From positions 288,001-352,000 of the forward strand of contig CAWIXE010000003.1 of assembly GCA_963840035.1 (NCBI GenBank): a stretch of DNA of 64,000 bases, written 5' to 3'. Numbering within the stretch: the first letter of the stretch is position 1; each line of letters begins with the position of its first letter. The notes below the pieces were generated by a model, which was given only the letters and a program-made list of their open reading frames with translations, made no database searches and was not told the origin of the DNA. Of this stretch, positions 9,859 through 20,296 are shown one piece after another. The DNA is from a candidate division FCPU426 bacterium (GTDB lineage: Bacteria; Oederibacteriota; PGYV01; Palsa-1178). The position numbers and the translations under genes are program-made.

Positions 9859-11130
9859 ATGAAAAAGACATGCGTGATTTTTGTGCTGGTTTTTGTAATG
9901 CTTGCAATACTTGCAGGTTGTAACAACAAGGGCCCCGCAGGCCCGCTGGGTGTAAACAAAATCCAACTGACCTTTACCCCAACATGCACGCCGGATGCAA
10001 ATTTTAAGGTATTTGTAAACGAAGCAGGCACGCCAATGCCGAACGTACTGATACAAGCCGCGCCCAAAAGCGCGACATACACAGTGGAAGCGTTAACAGA
10101 CAGCAGCGGCATGGCGTGGATAAAGGTAAATAGCGGAGGGGAGTGGCAGGTGAAGATGAACGGATTTTCAGGATACGACAGCGTCTTTAATAACGTAGAG
10201 CCGTTAAAGACACCGGTTTATAACGTAAACCTGGGTAAGCAGACTTTAAACCTGGAGCTAATTTCCGGCAGCGCGAGTCTGGGTATTGCGCCGTCAACAT
10301 TGGTATACAGGTTGACGTATAATACACTTGCAAATAGGCTCTATAACCTAGAATTCAAGGGCCTCCCAGATGACTTAACAGTAACCGCCTCGGCATTGCA
10401 GGTAAAGAATAATAATGACCAAGTGACGTTCAGTATAGATGTACCTAAGAGCTATGAAACAATAAAGCCAGATGGAGTATATGTATATGTGTCAGCGACG
10501 TCGTTACAGGGAGTTAGTAAGATTAAGTCTAAAGATGTAGAAGTAAAAAGAAATTGGGCTTTTAATGTGAAAGCTGATGTGAAGTTTGCGAAGACGTTTA
10601 TTTTTGAAGATCCAGAAGTAACACTTGGACAATCAGCGATACCGTATAGTTCTTCTTACGTTGGTAAGAAAACAAAATACTGGATTGGAGCAAAAAATTT
10701 TGTTCCGGAAATACAGAATTTTGTCTTAAGTGGGAATATGAAGGTTCAATATGTATCTCATGAATTGTGGGGAGAAATCCCTCAAATATATGACAATTAT
10801 ACAGGTTTAAGTAACATTGAATACTCTGAGGGCTATTATCAAGTTTTAATTAGGGCTGAATCTAATGCGGGATATGACTGGGTAAGGGATCACAACAATT
10901 CAGACGGGTCGATGACTTTAAGATTTTATGATGATAAAGATTTTAGTGTAATAAGATCATTTCATGTTCCGGGAAGTATGGGAACTTTATGTGGACATTA
11001 CCATCAAGTGTGTTTTGGATTGTACTTTTCTGCATTTGATAAATGTGGAAATTATCCAAATACAACCGGTTGTGTTTATGCGCCAATTAAAATGAAAAGA
11101 GTTAAAGAGGCAAATATTTACGGCGAATAA
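9859..11130 (+). CDS. Surface lipoprotein (GPLGVNKI...TPTCTPD family) with Cys-rich C-terminus
   Basis: Lipobox LAGC; paralog of 31736-32986. Confidence 0.75.
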   Translation: MKKTCVIFVLVFVMLAILAGCNNKGPAGPLGVNKIQLTFTPTCTPDANFKVFVNEAGTPMPNVLIQAAPKSATYTVEALTDSSGMAWIKVNSGGEWQVKMNGFSGYDSVFNNVEPLKTPVYNVNLGKQTLNLELISGSASLGIAPSTLVYRLTYNTLANRLYNLEFKGLPDDLTVTASALQVKNNNDQVTFSIDVPKSYETIKPDGVYVYVSATSLQGVSKIKSKDVEVKRNWAFNVKADVKFAKTFIFEDPEVTLGQSAIPYSSSYVGKKTKYWIGAKNFVPEIQNFVLSGNMKVQYVSHELWGEIPQIYDNYTGLSNIEYSEGYYQVLIRAESNAGYDWVRDHNNSDGSMTLRFYDDKDFSVIRSFHVPGSMGTLCGHYHQVCFGLYFSAFDKCGNYPNTTGCVYAPIKMKRVKEANIYGE

Positions 11131-11210
11131 ATATAAATTATTAAATACTTGACCTCTTGTTTTTAATAGTTTATAATTTAAACGATTAAAATATATGGAG
11201 GTAATAATAA

Positions 11211-11714
11211 ATGAAAAGAGTAATTTTAATCGTTTGTGCAATTTTACTTTTTTTTAGTTTTAATGTCTCGGCCGCAAATGTGAAGATTGCTGGGCATTCA
11301 TTATCGTCAGGAGGAACTTATCTTGGCGCAAAAGGTCTTGGAATTGGTATATATTTAGGAAGAGCGGCAGCTATTAGTGCGAAAGCGTGGGTTGGCGGAG
11401 ATAATGCATTACAGTTTGATGCTGGTTGGGATTTTGGCGGGTATCTTGGATTTGGCGCGGCATATCTTGTCCATAATTTTGATATCATTCAAGTTGAAGG
11501 CAATAGAGTACCCCTATATTTTGGTATTAAAGGATATGGTTCGTTAAATCCTGCAGGTGTTGAAATAGGAGTGCAAGTTCCGCTTGGAATATCATGGATA
11601 TTCAGAACTGCACCAATAGATATTTTTCTTCAGGTTGAACCAGGCATACAAATAGTACCTAGGACCACAGGCTCTTGGAACGGTGGTATAGGCATAAGGT
11701 ACTGGCTTAATTAA
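11211..11714 (+). CDS. Small outer-membrane beta-barrel-like protein (DUF3996-like)
   Basis: Signal peptide, GLGIGIYLG, GVQVPLGI, PIDIFLQVEPG, terminal GGIGIRYW. Confidence 0.65.
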   Translation: MKRVILIVCAILLFFSFNVSAANVKIAGHSLSSGGTYLGAKGLGIGIYLGRAAAISAKAWVGGDNALQFDAGWDFGGYLGFGAAYLVHNFDIIQVEGNRVPLYFGIKGYGSLNPAGVEIGVQVPLGISWIFRTAPIDIFLQVEPGIQIVPRTTGSWNGGIGIRYWLN

Positions 11715-11730
11715 CATTCTATAACTACAC

Positions 11731-11759
11731 AAAAAGCCCCGGTTCGCCGGGGCTTTTTT
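11731..11759 (+). terminator. Intrinsic terminator
   Basis: AAAAAGCCCCGG-TTCG-CCGGGGCTTTTTT. Confidence 0.85.
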
Positions 11760-11968
11760 ATTTATAAAAGCCTTGAAAAACAGCCAAACAGGTTTATAAT
11801 ATGCGTGTTGAGAAGGCAGCCCCCTCTCCCTCGAAGGGAGAGGGCTGGGGAGAGGGTGAAGTAGCGGCAATCTGGCTCGAAGGTGAAATGTGCTTTGCTG
11901 ATGCATCACGCCAATACTCTACTTTCTCCTTTAGAGGGACAATGTATTAAATCTATACAGGAGATGCT

Positions 11969-14161
11969 ATGAAAATACGTTCAATTGTCATTGTACTTAT
12001 ATTAATGGCGCTACCGCTCACTCTTTTTTCCGCCATTACAGCCATCCCTAACGCCACGACCTTCACCGTCTATGACCTCCTCGAAGTAACCATTAACTCC
12101 GACTTTGGGGCTAAGAATCCTTATGACTACGGCGAGATAAATGTTCAGGCTTCCTTTAAGACTCCTGAGGGGCGGACTTTGATGGCTGATGGGTTTTATA
12201 TGAGGGAGTTTGATTACTCTTATGACTCAAACAACTATACTGAAAAGGCCGGGTGTTTTAAGGTCAGATATACTCCTTCAAAAGCCGGGAACTGGAAGTA
12301 CTCAATACGTGCCGTAAAGAATGGCAAGGAGGTTTTTCGTTCGGAGGAAAAGAAGTTTACTGTGGCTAAGAATCCTGCCCGTCGCGGATTTTTGAAGGTC
12401 AGTAAGAATGACCCTCTTTTTCTTGAGTTTGATAATAAGGAATCATTTTTTGGAATCGGGCAGAACCTCGCGTGGTCCGCGCAGAATGACCTTTTGGATT
12501 ACCGTAAGTGGATGGGGAAGATGCGGGATAACGGGGCTAATATGGCGCGCATCTGGATGGCAGCCTGGGGGCTTGGCATTGAGTGGGATACTCAGATGGG
12601 GGATTATGGGCCGCGGCAGAAACGCGCTTTTATGCTGGATGAGATTTTGCGGCTGGCTAAGGCTGATGATATTTACATTATGCTTACACTCATATCGCAC
12701 GGGGAATATACTTCTAAGATAAATCCCGAATGGGACCGTAACCCTTACAATTCTAAAAATGAAGGCGTCCTTGACTCGCCTGAGCAGTTCTTTACAAACC
12801 AGGCTGCGCGGGCGGCTTTTAAGAACCGGATGCGCTACATCATGGCGCGCTGGGGCTTTTCGCAGAACATTATGGCGTGGGAATTATTTAACGAAGTTGA
12901 CCTTACCGAAAACTACAACTCCACTGCGGTGGCTGAATGGCACTCTGACATATTTGATTTCATCAAATCCAGGGACTCATATAAACACCTGCTTACAACT
13001 TCATTTTCAAACCCAAACAAGGACCCTGAAGTGTGGAACCTAAGCCAGATAGATATCGTGCAGACGCACATGTACGGGATGAAGGACGAGGCAGGGCAGA
13101 TATATGAGGCTTCAAAGAACAAGCTCGACACTTATGCCAGGCCGCATATCTTTGGCGAGTTTGGCGTGGGGTCTGACGACCAGTGGATAAAGGATAACAA
13201 GGATCCCAACGGGGTTAGCATTCATAATGCCATCTGGGCAGGGGCATTCACCCTCTCATGCGCCGCGCCCATGCCGTGGTACTGGGATAATTACATAGAG
13301 CCAAAGGACATTTACACGGTTTATAAGCCCCTGCGCGAGTTCGTGAAGAACTTAAAATGGGACAAAGAAAGCTTTTATGACCTGCAGTCCAGGGATGTTT
13401 TCTTTAAAAAAGTACCTGCCGGCTCAAAAGGCGGGGACGCGGTCCTGTACCCTGTTGACGCGTGGGAAAAGGCTTCAAAGACCGAGTTTATGTTAAAGCC
13501 TGACGGGACTTTTACAAATAAGAACGGCTTTATATCGTTTCTATACGGCGCCGGACACCCTGAGATGAAGACAAACCCCATAATCTCATTTGAGAACGAG
13601 ATGCCGATTAAGATGGTGGTTAAGGTAAATAAGATATCGGCAAAGAACGAGCTGGCTATTTCCATAAACAAGCAGCCGGCGCTCTCGGTGGAGCTTAACG
13701 CGGAAGATTTTGACACGAAAAAATACCTGGCTGAATACAAGATATACCAGTCAGAGATTTCCAGGGAAATAACGCTTGAAATACCCCCGGGCGACAATGA
13801 TATCATGTTTGAGAACGAAGGCGATGACTGGATACACATAGAGTCCATAAAATTCGAGAATTATTTAAGTTCTTCGGTTGCGCCTGTTTTTGTGTCTGGC
13901 GTGCAGGGCAAGTCGTCTGCTTACCTGTGGTTGAAGAATAAAAAATACAGTTATGAAAACCAGGCGCCGGAACCCGTGGCTCCAAGCTACCTGGACATTG
14001 CGGGGCTGCTGCCCGGCAGGTATGTGATAACGTACTTTGACACATATGAAGGCAAGACCATAAAGATAGCTGAAGACATAGTTGAAGAAGAAACGCTCAG
14101 GGTATCAATTCCTGAGCTGGCAAAAGATATCGCGGTAAAGGTCGAGAAGTATAAGAAGTAG
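11969..14161 (+). CDS. Secreted glycoside hydrolase, GH5-like (clan GH-A), with N-terminal DUF5060-like Ig domain
   Basis: NPYD..A.F..P.G N-terminus, RYIMARWG, AWELFNE (acid/base), HIFGEFG (nucleophile). Confidence 0.8.
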   Translation: MKIRSIVIVLILMALPLTLFSAITAIPNATTFTVYDLLEVTINSDFGAKNPYDYGEINVQASFKTPEGRTLMADGFYMREFDYSYDSNNYTEKAGCFKVRYTPSKAGNWKYSIRAVKNGKEVFRSEEKKFTVAKNPARRGFLKVSKNDPLFLEFDNKESFFGIGQNLAWSAQNDLLDYRKWMGKMRDNGANMARIWMAAWGLGIEWDTQMGDYGPRQKRAFMLDEILRLAKADDIYIMLTLISHGEYTSKINPEWDRNPYNSKNEGVLDSPEQFFTNQAARAAFKNRMRYIMARWGFSQNIMAWELFNEVDLTENYNSTAVAEWHSDIFDFIKSRDSYKHLLTTSFSNPNKDPEVWNLSQIDIVQTHMYGMKDEAGQIYEASKNKLDTYARPHIFGEFGVGSDDQWIKDNKDPNGVSIHNAIWAGAFTLSCAAPMPWYWDNYIEPKDIYTVYKPLREFVKNLKWDKESFYDLQSRDVFFKKVPAGSKGGDAVLYPVDAWEKASKTEFMLKPDGTFTNKNGFISFLYGAGHPEMKTNPIISFENEMPIKMVVKVNKISAKNELAISINKQPALSVELNAEDFDTKKYLAEYKIYQSEISREITLEIPPGDNDIMFENEGDDWIHIESIKFENYLSSSVAPVFVSGVQGKSSAYLWLKNKKYSYENQAPEPVAPSYLDIAGLLPGRYVITYFDTYEGKTIKIAEDIVEEETLRVSIPELAKDIAVKVEKYKK

Positions 14162-14282
14162 GTTTTGCGGGCGTGTTTATGTGTCAGTGTTTAGATCTTG
14201 TAGGAGCAATACATGAATTGCCCCTACAAAGGCCATAAAAAAGTTGGTAGCCGCAACCTTCAGGTTGCGAAAGGGAGAAGCC

Positions 14283-15020
14283 GTGAGAAGAGAAATGCTT
14301 GAGATTTTAAAGGATAAGAAAGCCCTTAAAGACGCTGGGATGTTTATCGTTGATACAGAGAAGATACTTGGCGAAGCCATCGCTGCCGGGTTTCAGATAA
14401 AGTATTTCTTTTATTCGGAAAAGGGCGGCTGGGTATATGACAAGCACGGCTCAGGCATTGATTTTGAAAAAGTGGATTTTACCAAGGACAGCTACATAGA
14501 CAGGTTTGCCTCGGTTAAGACTCACCAGGGGTTCCTTGCTGTGGTGCAGGTGGAAAACAGGGCCATAACTGATTTAGCAGCCATGGATAAGGCCGTACTC
14601 CTTGACAACATACAGGACCCGGCAAATGTTGGCGCCATATTGCGCAGCGGCTGCGCTTTCGGGTTTACAAACTATTTATTAATCAACAGCGCCTCCATTT
14701 ATTCCGAGAAGACCATCAGGGCTTCGGCAGGCGCGGCTTTTCAGGTATTTACCAGGGCTGTGGAAGAAAAGGATATAAAGGATTTAAAAGGCCAGTTTAA
14801 AATAGCGGCAACTGACGTTAAAATAGGCGTGGATGTAGCAAGCCTAAAAAAAGAATTAAGCGGAAAATACATACTGATATTAAGCAACGAAGGCCAGGGC
14901 ATTTCGCCGGGCCTGGGAAAGATAGCCGACGTGAGGGTGAAGATAAACTACCCGGGAAAAGTAGAGTCATTAAACGTAGCCGCGGCAGCGGCAATAATGT
15001 TTTACGAACTGGGGAAATAG
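14283..15020 (+). CDS. TrmH/SpoU family RNA methyltransferase
   Basis: LDNIQDPANVGAILRS, SNEGQG, ESLNVAAA; GTG start after GGGAG. Confidence 0.92.
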   Translation: MRREMLEILKDKKALKDAGMFIVDTEKILGEAIAAGFQIKYFFYSEKGGWVYDKHGSGIDFEKVDFTKDSYIDRFASVKTHQGFLAVVQVENRAITDLAAMDKAVLLDNIQDPANVGAILRSGCAFGFTNYLLINSASIYSEKTIRASAGAAFQVFTRAVEEKDIKDLKGQFKIAATDVKIGVDVASLKKELSGKYILILSNEGQGISPGLGKIADVRVKINYPGKVESLNVAAAAAIMFYELGK

Positions 15021-15167
15021 GGGTTTTAGTCTGTCATTGCGAGCGAAGCGAAGCAATTCCGCTGTTTTGCACACGGGCGCTTAACAACAGCAAGATTGCT
15101 TCGTCGCCATAAAACAAATACGCCTCCTCGCAATGACAATCAAAAAATAAATAAATCGGAGGTCTTT

Positions 15168-16400
15168 ATGAAAAAACGCCTTTTTGCCATCATCTTTATC
15201 TTTATCTGTTCAGCCATAGCCTGGTTCATTCTCGGCGGCATTACCTTAAAGCGCACATATATGCAGGACGACAAGCTGCGCGGGTCAGTGGGGCAGATGT
15301 GGGGAACGGCCCAGTACCAGAAGGCCCCGTCTGTTTACTATGAGGTAAAAACAAAGCGCAAGGTATCAACGGAAGTAAATGACAGGACAGTGGAAAAGAT
15401 GGAGGATGTCACTGACCAGTACCCGGTAAATTTAGAATCCACGGATATTAAGGCGGCGTTTGATCTGGACTACAGGAAAAAAGGGCTGCTGTGGTACTCC
15501 ACATACAAAGTGAAGTTTTCGGCGAAATACGAGGTCATAAATCCGCTGGCTACAATAAAGCAGCTGAATTTTTATTATTATTTCCCGACATCAGAGGGGG
15601 TATATGACAACTTCGTCATTAAAGTCGACGGGGTAGTGCCGCAGGGCGGGTTAAAGCCTCAGGACGGCCAGATAAGCACCGGCATAATATGCGCGCCGGG
15701 CACGAAGCACAGCGTGGAGATAGCGTACGACTCACAGGGGCTGGATAACTGGTGGTACCAGTTCGGCACGGGCGTTACGCAGGTTAAGAACTTCAGCCTG
15801 GTGATGACGACCAACTTTGACAAGATAAATTTCCCGGGCAACAGCATGTCGCCATCTGAGAAGAAAAAATCAGGCAAAGGCTGGGAGCTTTCCTGGCAGT
15901 ATAAGAACCTTTTGTCAGGCACACAGATAGGCCTTGAAATGCCCAAAAAACTGAACCCCGGACCTTTTGCAAGCCAGGTGAGCTTTTTTGCGCCTGTGTC
16001 CCTCTTCTTTTTCTTCTTTTTGATGTTTATCATTACCGCCATTAAGGAAGTAAAAATACACCCCATGAACTATTTCTTTCTGGCGGCGTCATTCTTCAGT
16101 TTCCACCTGCTTATGGCTTATTTGGCCGATGTGGTGGATATTTACCTGGCATTTATCATAGCGTCAGTTGTTTCAATATTCCTCGTCATAAGCTACATGA
16201 GGCTGGTGGTAGGCCCGAAATTCGCCTTTGTCGAGGTGGGTATATCGCAGTTCGTGTACCTGGTTCTGTTCTCCTCGGCATTCTTCCTGGAAGGGTATAC
16301 AGGGCTTATGGTCACGATACTTGCCATCATAACATTGTTCGTTGTCATGCAGGTGACCGGCAAGGTGGACTGGGAAAAGCAGTTCGCGGATAAGAAGTAG
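15168..16400 (+). CDS. Inner membrane protein, CreD-like
   Basis: N-terminal TM, YRKKGLLWYSTY, IHPMNY, multiple C-terminal TMs. Confidence 0.75.
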   Translation: MKKRLFAIIFIFICSAIAWFILGGITLKRTYMQDDKLRGSVGQMWGTAQYQKAPSVYYEVKTKRKVSTEVNDRTVEKMEDVTDQYPVNLESTDIKAAFDLDYRKKGLLWYSTYKVKFSAKYEVINPLATIKQLNFYYYFPTSEGVYDNFVIKVDGVVPQGGLKPQDGQISTGIICAPGTKHSVEIAYDSQGLDNWWYQFGTGVTQVKNFSLVMTTNFDKINFPGNSMSPSEKKKSGKGWELSWQYKNLLSGTQIGLEMPKKLNPGPFASQVSFFAPVSLFFFFFLMFIITAIKEVKIHPMNYFFLAASFFSFHLLMAYLADVVDIYLAFIIASVVSIFLVISYMRLVVGPKFAFVEVGISQFVYLVLFSSAFFLEGYTGLMVTILAIITLFVVMQVTGKVDWEKQFADKK

Positions 16401-16411
16401 GGACCGCGAAT

Positions 16412-16867
16412 ATGGCGCCTAAAATCAAATCGGGTGTTATTGATGAAGATAAAAAAAAGGCGGTTTTTTTTAAGAAAATAAGCCCATCCCTTAAGAAATT
16501 TATAAAAAAATACAAGCCTGAAGTCGGCAAATACCGTTTTGACAGCCCTTCATGGACGTTGTATTTTAGCCATCCGGACGGCGGGGCTATGGATGTGGTG
16601 GTCATGATGTTAAATGATTTAAAAGGCGAATTGAGGGTTTCCAGGAAAATCATAGATCTGAAGAAAAAGGAAATAAGGACAAAGCATGACAGAAAAGCGT
16701 TTAATATAAAAGAGGATGTTTGTAGTTCCATGGAAAAATATTTAAAAAAGACTGTTGCGTGGGACATGACTGATGCGGAAGTAAAAAAGATCGGTTTATT
16801 TGACAATAGGCGGGAGCTTGAGCAAAGAAAAAATATTTTGGATTCGTTTCCGAAGATTATTTTTTGA
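16412..16867 (+). CDS. Hypothetical basic protein
   Basis: Open 151-codon frame directly after the CreD-like gene. Confidence 0.6.
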   Translation: MAPKIKSGVIDEDKKKAVFFKKISPSLKKFIKKYKPEVGKYRFDSPSWTLYFSHPDGGAMDVVVMMLNDLKGELRVSRKIIDLKKKEIRTKHDRKAFNIKEDVCSSMEKYLKKTVAWDMTDAEVKKIGLFDNRRELEQRKNILDSFPKIIF

Positions 16868-17002
16868 TTTGAGGTACTTGTAGAGACGCGACTTGCTGCG
16901 TCTCAGACGAAGAAGTCTTAAATCATGCAAAGGCGAGACACAGCAAGCTGTGTCTCTACAAAAAACAGAAACAGAGCCATCACAATGACGGACAACCCAA
17001 AT

Positions 17003-17031
17003 AAAAAAGGCGGCCTTTCGGCCGCCTTTTT
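17003..17031. terminator. Bidirectional intrinsic terminator
   Basis: AAAAAAGGCGGCC-TTTC-GGCCGCCTTTTT between convergent genes. Confidence 0.85.
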
Positions 17032-17045
17032 GTTAATCCCTTGCT

Positions 17046-17711
17046 TTATTCGAAGCTGACTTCCGCGACTGTGATGTCTACGGTGTCGCCGTCCGGGCTT
17101 GTGAACTGGAAATTGATGTTGTGCGCGTTCTTTAAGACGTCTTCGATGTTAACCGTGGTCTTGGCCCATTTTGGCTGGGCTAAGTCTTTTCTTAAGTCGA
17201 CTTTTACAGTGGAGAATTCTTTTGTGAGCTTGGAGTTAAGCGCTACCGCGTAGTCAGCCCACTCTGTCAGGGTCTTTACATTGCCGTTTTCGCACTTGTT
17301 GGCAGTATACGGAAGCTGTACCATTAACCTACCGCCTGTGATGGAACCCTTCATTTTCAGTACCAGGGTCGTGTACTTGCTTAAGTCCACAGGGTCAGCG
17401 TTTTCTTTTTTGTCATAGCATCCGCACTGCTCGCCCAATGTCACTCCCATGCCTACGAAGTCCCATCCGAGCTTGTTGCCGGTCTTGCCCTGCATCCTGG
17501 CGCCTGCTTTTGTGAGTTCGAACTTTGTCGGCGCGGGTGTAACTGTCGAGTTGCCGCCGGATGTCGAGTCGTCAAATATGTACCACCATCCGCCGCCTGA
17601 AGCCTGCGCGCCCTTGCCTGTGCCGTTTTCAACGGATAACTTGTCCGCTGCCATTAATGAACCTGCCGCGATCATTACCACTGCCATTACCATTGCCATT
17701 GTTTTTTTCAT
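17046..17711 (-). CDS. Secreted carbohydrate-binding domain protein (CBM11/CIA30-like)
   Basis: Signal peptide; GGWWYIFDD..GGNS, DLSKY, QPKW, C-terminal beta strand. Confidence 0.7.
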   Translation of the reverse strand: MKKTMAMVMAVVMIAAGSLMAADKLSVENGTGKGAQASGGGWWYIFDDSTSGGNSTVTPAPTKFELTKAGARMQGKTGNKLGWDFVGMGVTLGEQCGCYDKKENADPVDLSKYTTLVLKMKGSITGGRLMVQLPYTANKCENGNVKTLTEWADYAVALNSKLTKEFSTVKVDLRKDLAQPKWAKTTVNIEDVLKNAHNINFQFTSPDGDTVDITVAEVSFE

Positions 17712-17914
17712 GTCTACCGCCTCCTTTTCATTTTAAAATTTTTACGTTATCGATGTTCCCGGCCGGGAAACTGATACGTCCGTCTTTTCTGAACCCTTAC
17801 CCTTATTCTTATCCTTAGCATTTGGATCTGAATCCTGCTTTGCCCCTCACCTTGACCCTCTCTCCCCCGCAAGGGGGGACTATAAATAGCCAAGGGGAGA
17901 GGGAGAAGTCAGGT

Positions 17915-18694
17915 TTAGTAAAATTCCAGATCATCAATCCAGATATCCACTTTGTGGCCTTTTCCGTCTTTATAATGCCATTTTATTATATTGGCGTTTG
18001 AGAGGACCTTTTCTATGTCCACTATTTCGTTTTTCTTTGTGTATGACGGCTGTTTTAAATCCTTCCTGAAATCTATCTTTACATCTTTCCATGACGGGGT
18101 AATGTCTCTTGTTATGTCAGCTTCGTAATCTGCGTAGCTGGTTAAGGTCCTGCATATGCCGCGGGATTTATCCACCTCGCGCGCTTCATGCGGCAGGATG
18201 AAGAAGACTTCTCCCGCTTCGACTTTGCCTTTTATCTTGAACTTGATGCCTGTAAATTTAGTGAGGTCTATGCCTATGCACTCGGGGCAGGTGGAGTGCG
18301 GGCTTAGGAAGGTATTGACGCCTATGTAGTCCCAGCCAAGCTTTGTGCCGGCAGTGCCTGTAATCCTTATGGCATACCCTTTATCCCCGGCGCCTGGCGC
18401 TGATTTTACAAAGTTATTCTCATTTTTTGTAGAAGCCGGGGGCCATACTTTTGAAGTGCCGCCCTGCCAGGAGTCGTCATAAGTGCACCACACGCCGCCA
18501 AGCTCGTTGAACCTGGTATCATTATTGTTATAATCCACCCTCATGTATACGCCAACCGCGGCCACTGCCACGGCAAAGGCAAGCGCGGGCGCAAGCTTCC
18601 ACGCGTGCGAAGGGGATTTTATATTCCTGGCTGCTTCGGCTATGAGGGCGGTTTTGAGCCTTTTTTTATGTTCGGGCATTTTAAAGTCCTTCAT
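17915..18694 (-). CDS. Membrane-anchored putative anti-sigma factor with extracytoplasmic CBM11/CIA30-like domain
   Basis: Short cytoplasmic HKKRLKTAL, one TM, GGVWCTYDD, DLTKFTGIKF, IWIDDLEFY; starts 1 nt after sigma stop. Confidence 0.7.
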   Translation of the reverse strand: MKDFKMPEHKKRLKTALIAEAARNIKSPSHAWKLAPALAFAVAVAAVGVYMRVDYNNNDTRFNELGGVWCTYDDSWQGGTSKVWPPASTKNENNFVKSAPGAGDKGYAIRITGTAGTKLGWDYIGVNTFLSPHSTCPECIGIDLTKFTGIKFKIKGKVEAGEVFFILPHEAREVDKSRGICRTLTSYADYEADITRDITPSWKDVKIDFRKDLKQPSYTKKNEIVDIEKVLSNANIIKWHYKDGKGHKVDIWIDDLEFY

Positions 18695-18695
18695 A

Positions 18696-19334
18696 TCACT
18701 TCGCCTCACTTTCAATTTTGCTTTCACTCCATGTAATGCGTGAGGCGTCATTTGGTTGCACGCCGGCTTTTAACATGGAAAGCCCCCGGGAAATAAGGGA
18801 TTTTACAGTGCCCTCTTTTTTACCAAGGGTCTTTGCTATCTCGGATATTTTCATTTCCTCAAAGAACCGCAACAACAGCGCTTCCTGATAAAGGCGAGGA
18901 AGCTTTAAAAGCGCATTTTTTACGCGCGCGTATTCCGAGTCGTTATCCAGGGTTTCCTGCGCCTGTTTGACTTCGGCGTCCAAATCCTGTTTTGAGGAGG
19001 TATTTAAATTAGGGTTATCCTCCAGCGCTGAGTCCAGTGAGGAAGGTTCATATTTAAGGTGGCGCCAGTACATCTGAATCTCGTTTCCCGCTATCCTGTA
19101 AAGCCAGGAGCCGAAAGGCACACCTGTCCATTTATACTGCCAGAGGTTTTTTAAAGCCTTAAAGAACGTCTCGGAAGTGATGTCGCTGCCCACCGCGGCA
19201 TTGCCGGTGCGGTATATGGTGTATTTGAGTATTTTAGGGTAGTATTCTTCGAAAAGCTCGCCAAAGGCTTTCGGGTCTTTTTTCGCGGCTGCTATAAGGT
19301 TTTTCTCTTTTTCAAGGTCCACAAAGGCCTCCAA
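18696..19334 (-). CDS. ECF RNA polymerase sigma factor
   Basis: AFGELFEEY, DITSETF, SWLYRIAGN, region 4 EIAKTLGKKEGTVKSLISRG. Confidence 0.93.
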   Translation of the reverse strand: MEAFVDLEKEKNLIAAAKKDPKAFGELFEEYYPKILKYTIYRTGNAAVGSDITSETFFKALKNLWQYKWTGVPFGSWLYRIAGNEIQMYWRHLKYEPSSLDSALEDNPNLNTSSKQDLDAEVKQAQETLDNDSEYARVKNALLKLPRLYQEALLLRFFEEMKISEIAKTLGKKEGTVKSLISRGLSMLKAGVQPNDASRITWSESKIESEAK

Positions 19335-19645
19335 AGAAGTCTCAATAATCTCAATGGTTAATCGTCAATTGCATTCATTATTATAATGCATAAGCTGGGG
19401 AAAAGGTTGCAGAAAATATGGTGGTCGGATTCGGTAGCCGCAGCCTTCAGGCTGCGTAAGGCCGGCCTTTCGCAGCATGTCGTGATGAACACGACATGAT
19501 GAGCGGAATTATTATGATTTAATGTTTGCTCGCTAAGCTCGCAATGGCATCTTGAAGGCTGCGGCTACCATAACATGAAACAATTTAAATCCGTTGAAAA
19601 CAACCCTGGAAACGGGTATAATGCCTCAAATTACAGGAGGTCGAT

Positions 19646-20296
19646 ATGCAAAAAATATTAACAGCTGTCTTTGTGATAATGCTGCTTTCATCCTGCGCCA
19701 CAACGCCGGGGAACAGGTCTTCGCTTTTGCCACAGCAAACTGTCTTTTATTACGGCTGCGACCAGAAAGCCTCTTTTACCGCCAGGTTTGACAAACAAAA
19801 CGACCTCTTTTATATTACGGGTTTGGGGGGCATGAGGGTATTAAAGCACGCTATTTCAGCATCAGGCGCCAGGTACAGGGACTCTGTGATGACATACTGG
19901 TCCAAAGGCGATGACGCGACTTTGGAGTATAAGGGCAAGACATATAACTGCTCCATTAATCCGCAGTTCTCGCTTGTGGAAGACGCGAAGTTCAGAGGTG
20001 TTACTTTCAGGGCAGAGGGCGGGGAGCAGGCATGGACAGCGGAAGTGACCGGAAATAACATAGACATTTATCTTAACGGGTATTCGGAGAAGTATTCATT
20101 TATAAAAGCGGACAGCGAAGTAAATACCAAAACAGGCATCACGGTTTACAAAGCGGAAAAAGACGGCCATAACCTTGAACTTGTAATAAATAAGAAAAGG
20201 TGTGAAAAAGGGGCTGATGGCATACCTGTAGGTTTTAAAGTGGAAGCTGTCCTGGATGGGAAGAATTACTCAGGTTGCGGGGACAAGGTTAAGTAA
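19646..20296 (+). CDS. Lipoprotein with MliC-like domain and COG3650-like C-terminal domain
   Basis: Lipobox LSSC, SASGARY, WSKGDDA, FRAEGGEQAW, YSGCG. Confidence 0.8.
   Translation: MQKILTAVFVIMLLSSCATTPGNRSSLLPQQTVFYYGCDQKASFTARFDKQNDLFYITGLGGMRVLKHAISASGARYRDSVMTYWSKGDDATLEYKGKTYNCSINPQFSLVEDAKFRGVTFRAEGGEQAWTAEVTGNNIDIYLNGYSEKYSFIKADSEVNTKTGITVYKAEKDGHNLELVINKKRCEKGADGIPVGFKVEAVLDGKNYSGCGDKVK

Larger units (their letters stand above)
11821..17904. repeat. CCCTCTCCC...GGGAGAGGG hairpin family H
   Basis: 11821-11859 and 17843-17904. Confidence 0.7.

Noticed and set aside
14244..15167. Extended starts of the TrmH (14244) and CreD-like (15096) ORFs
   Set aside because: Extensions run through REP elements; downstream starts have SD sequences.
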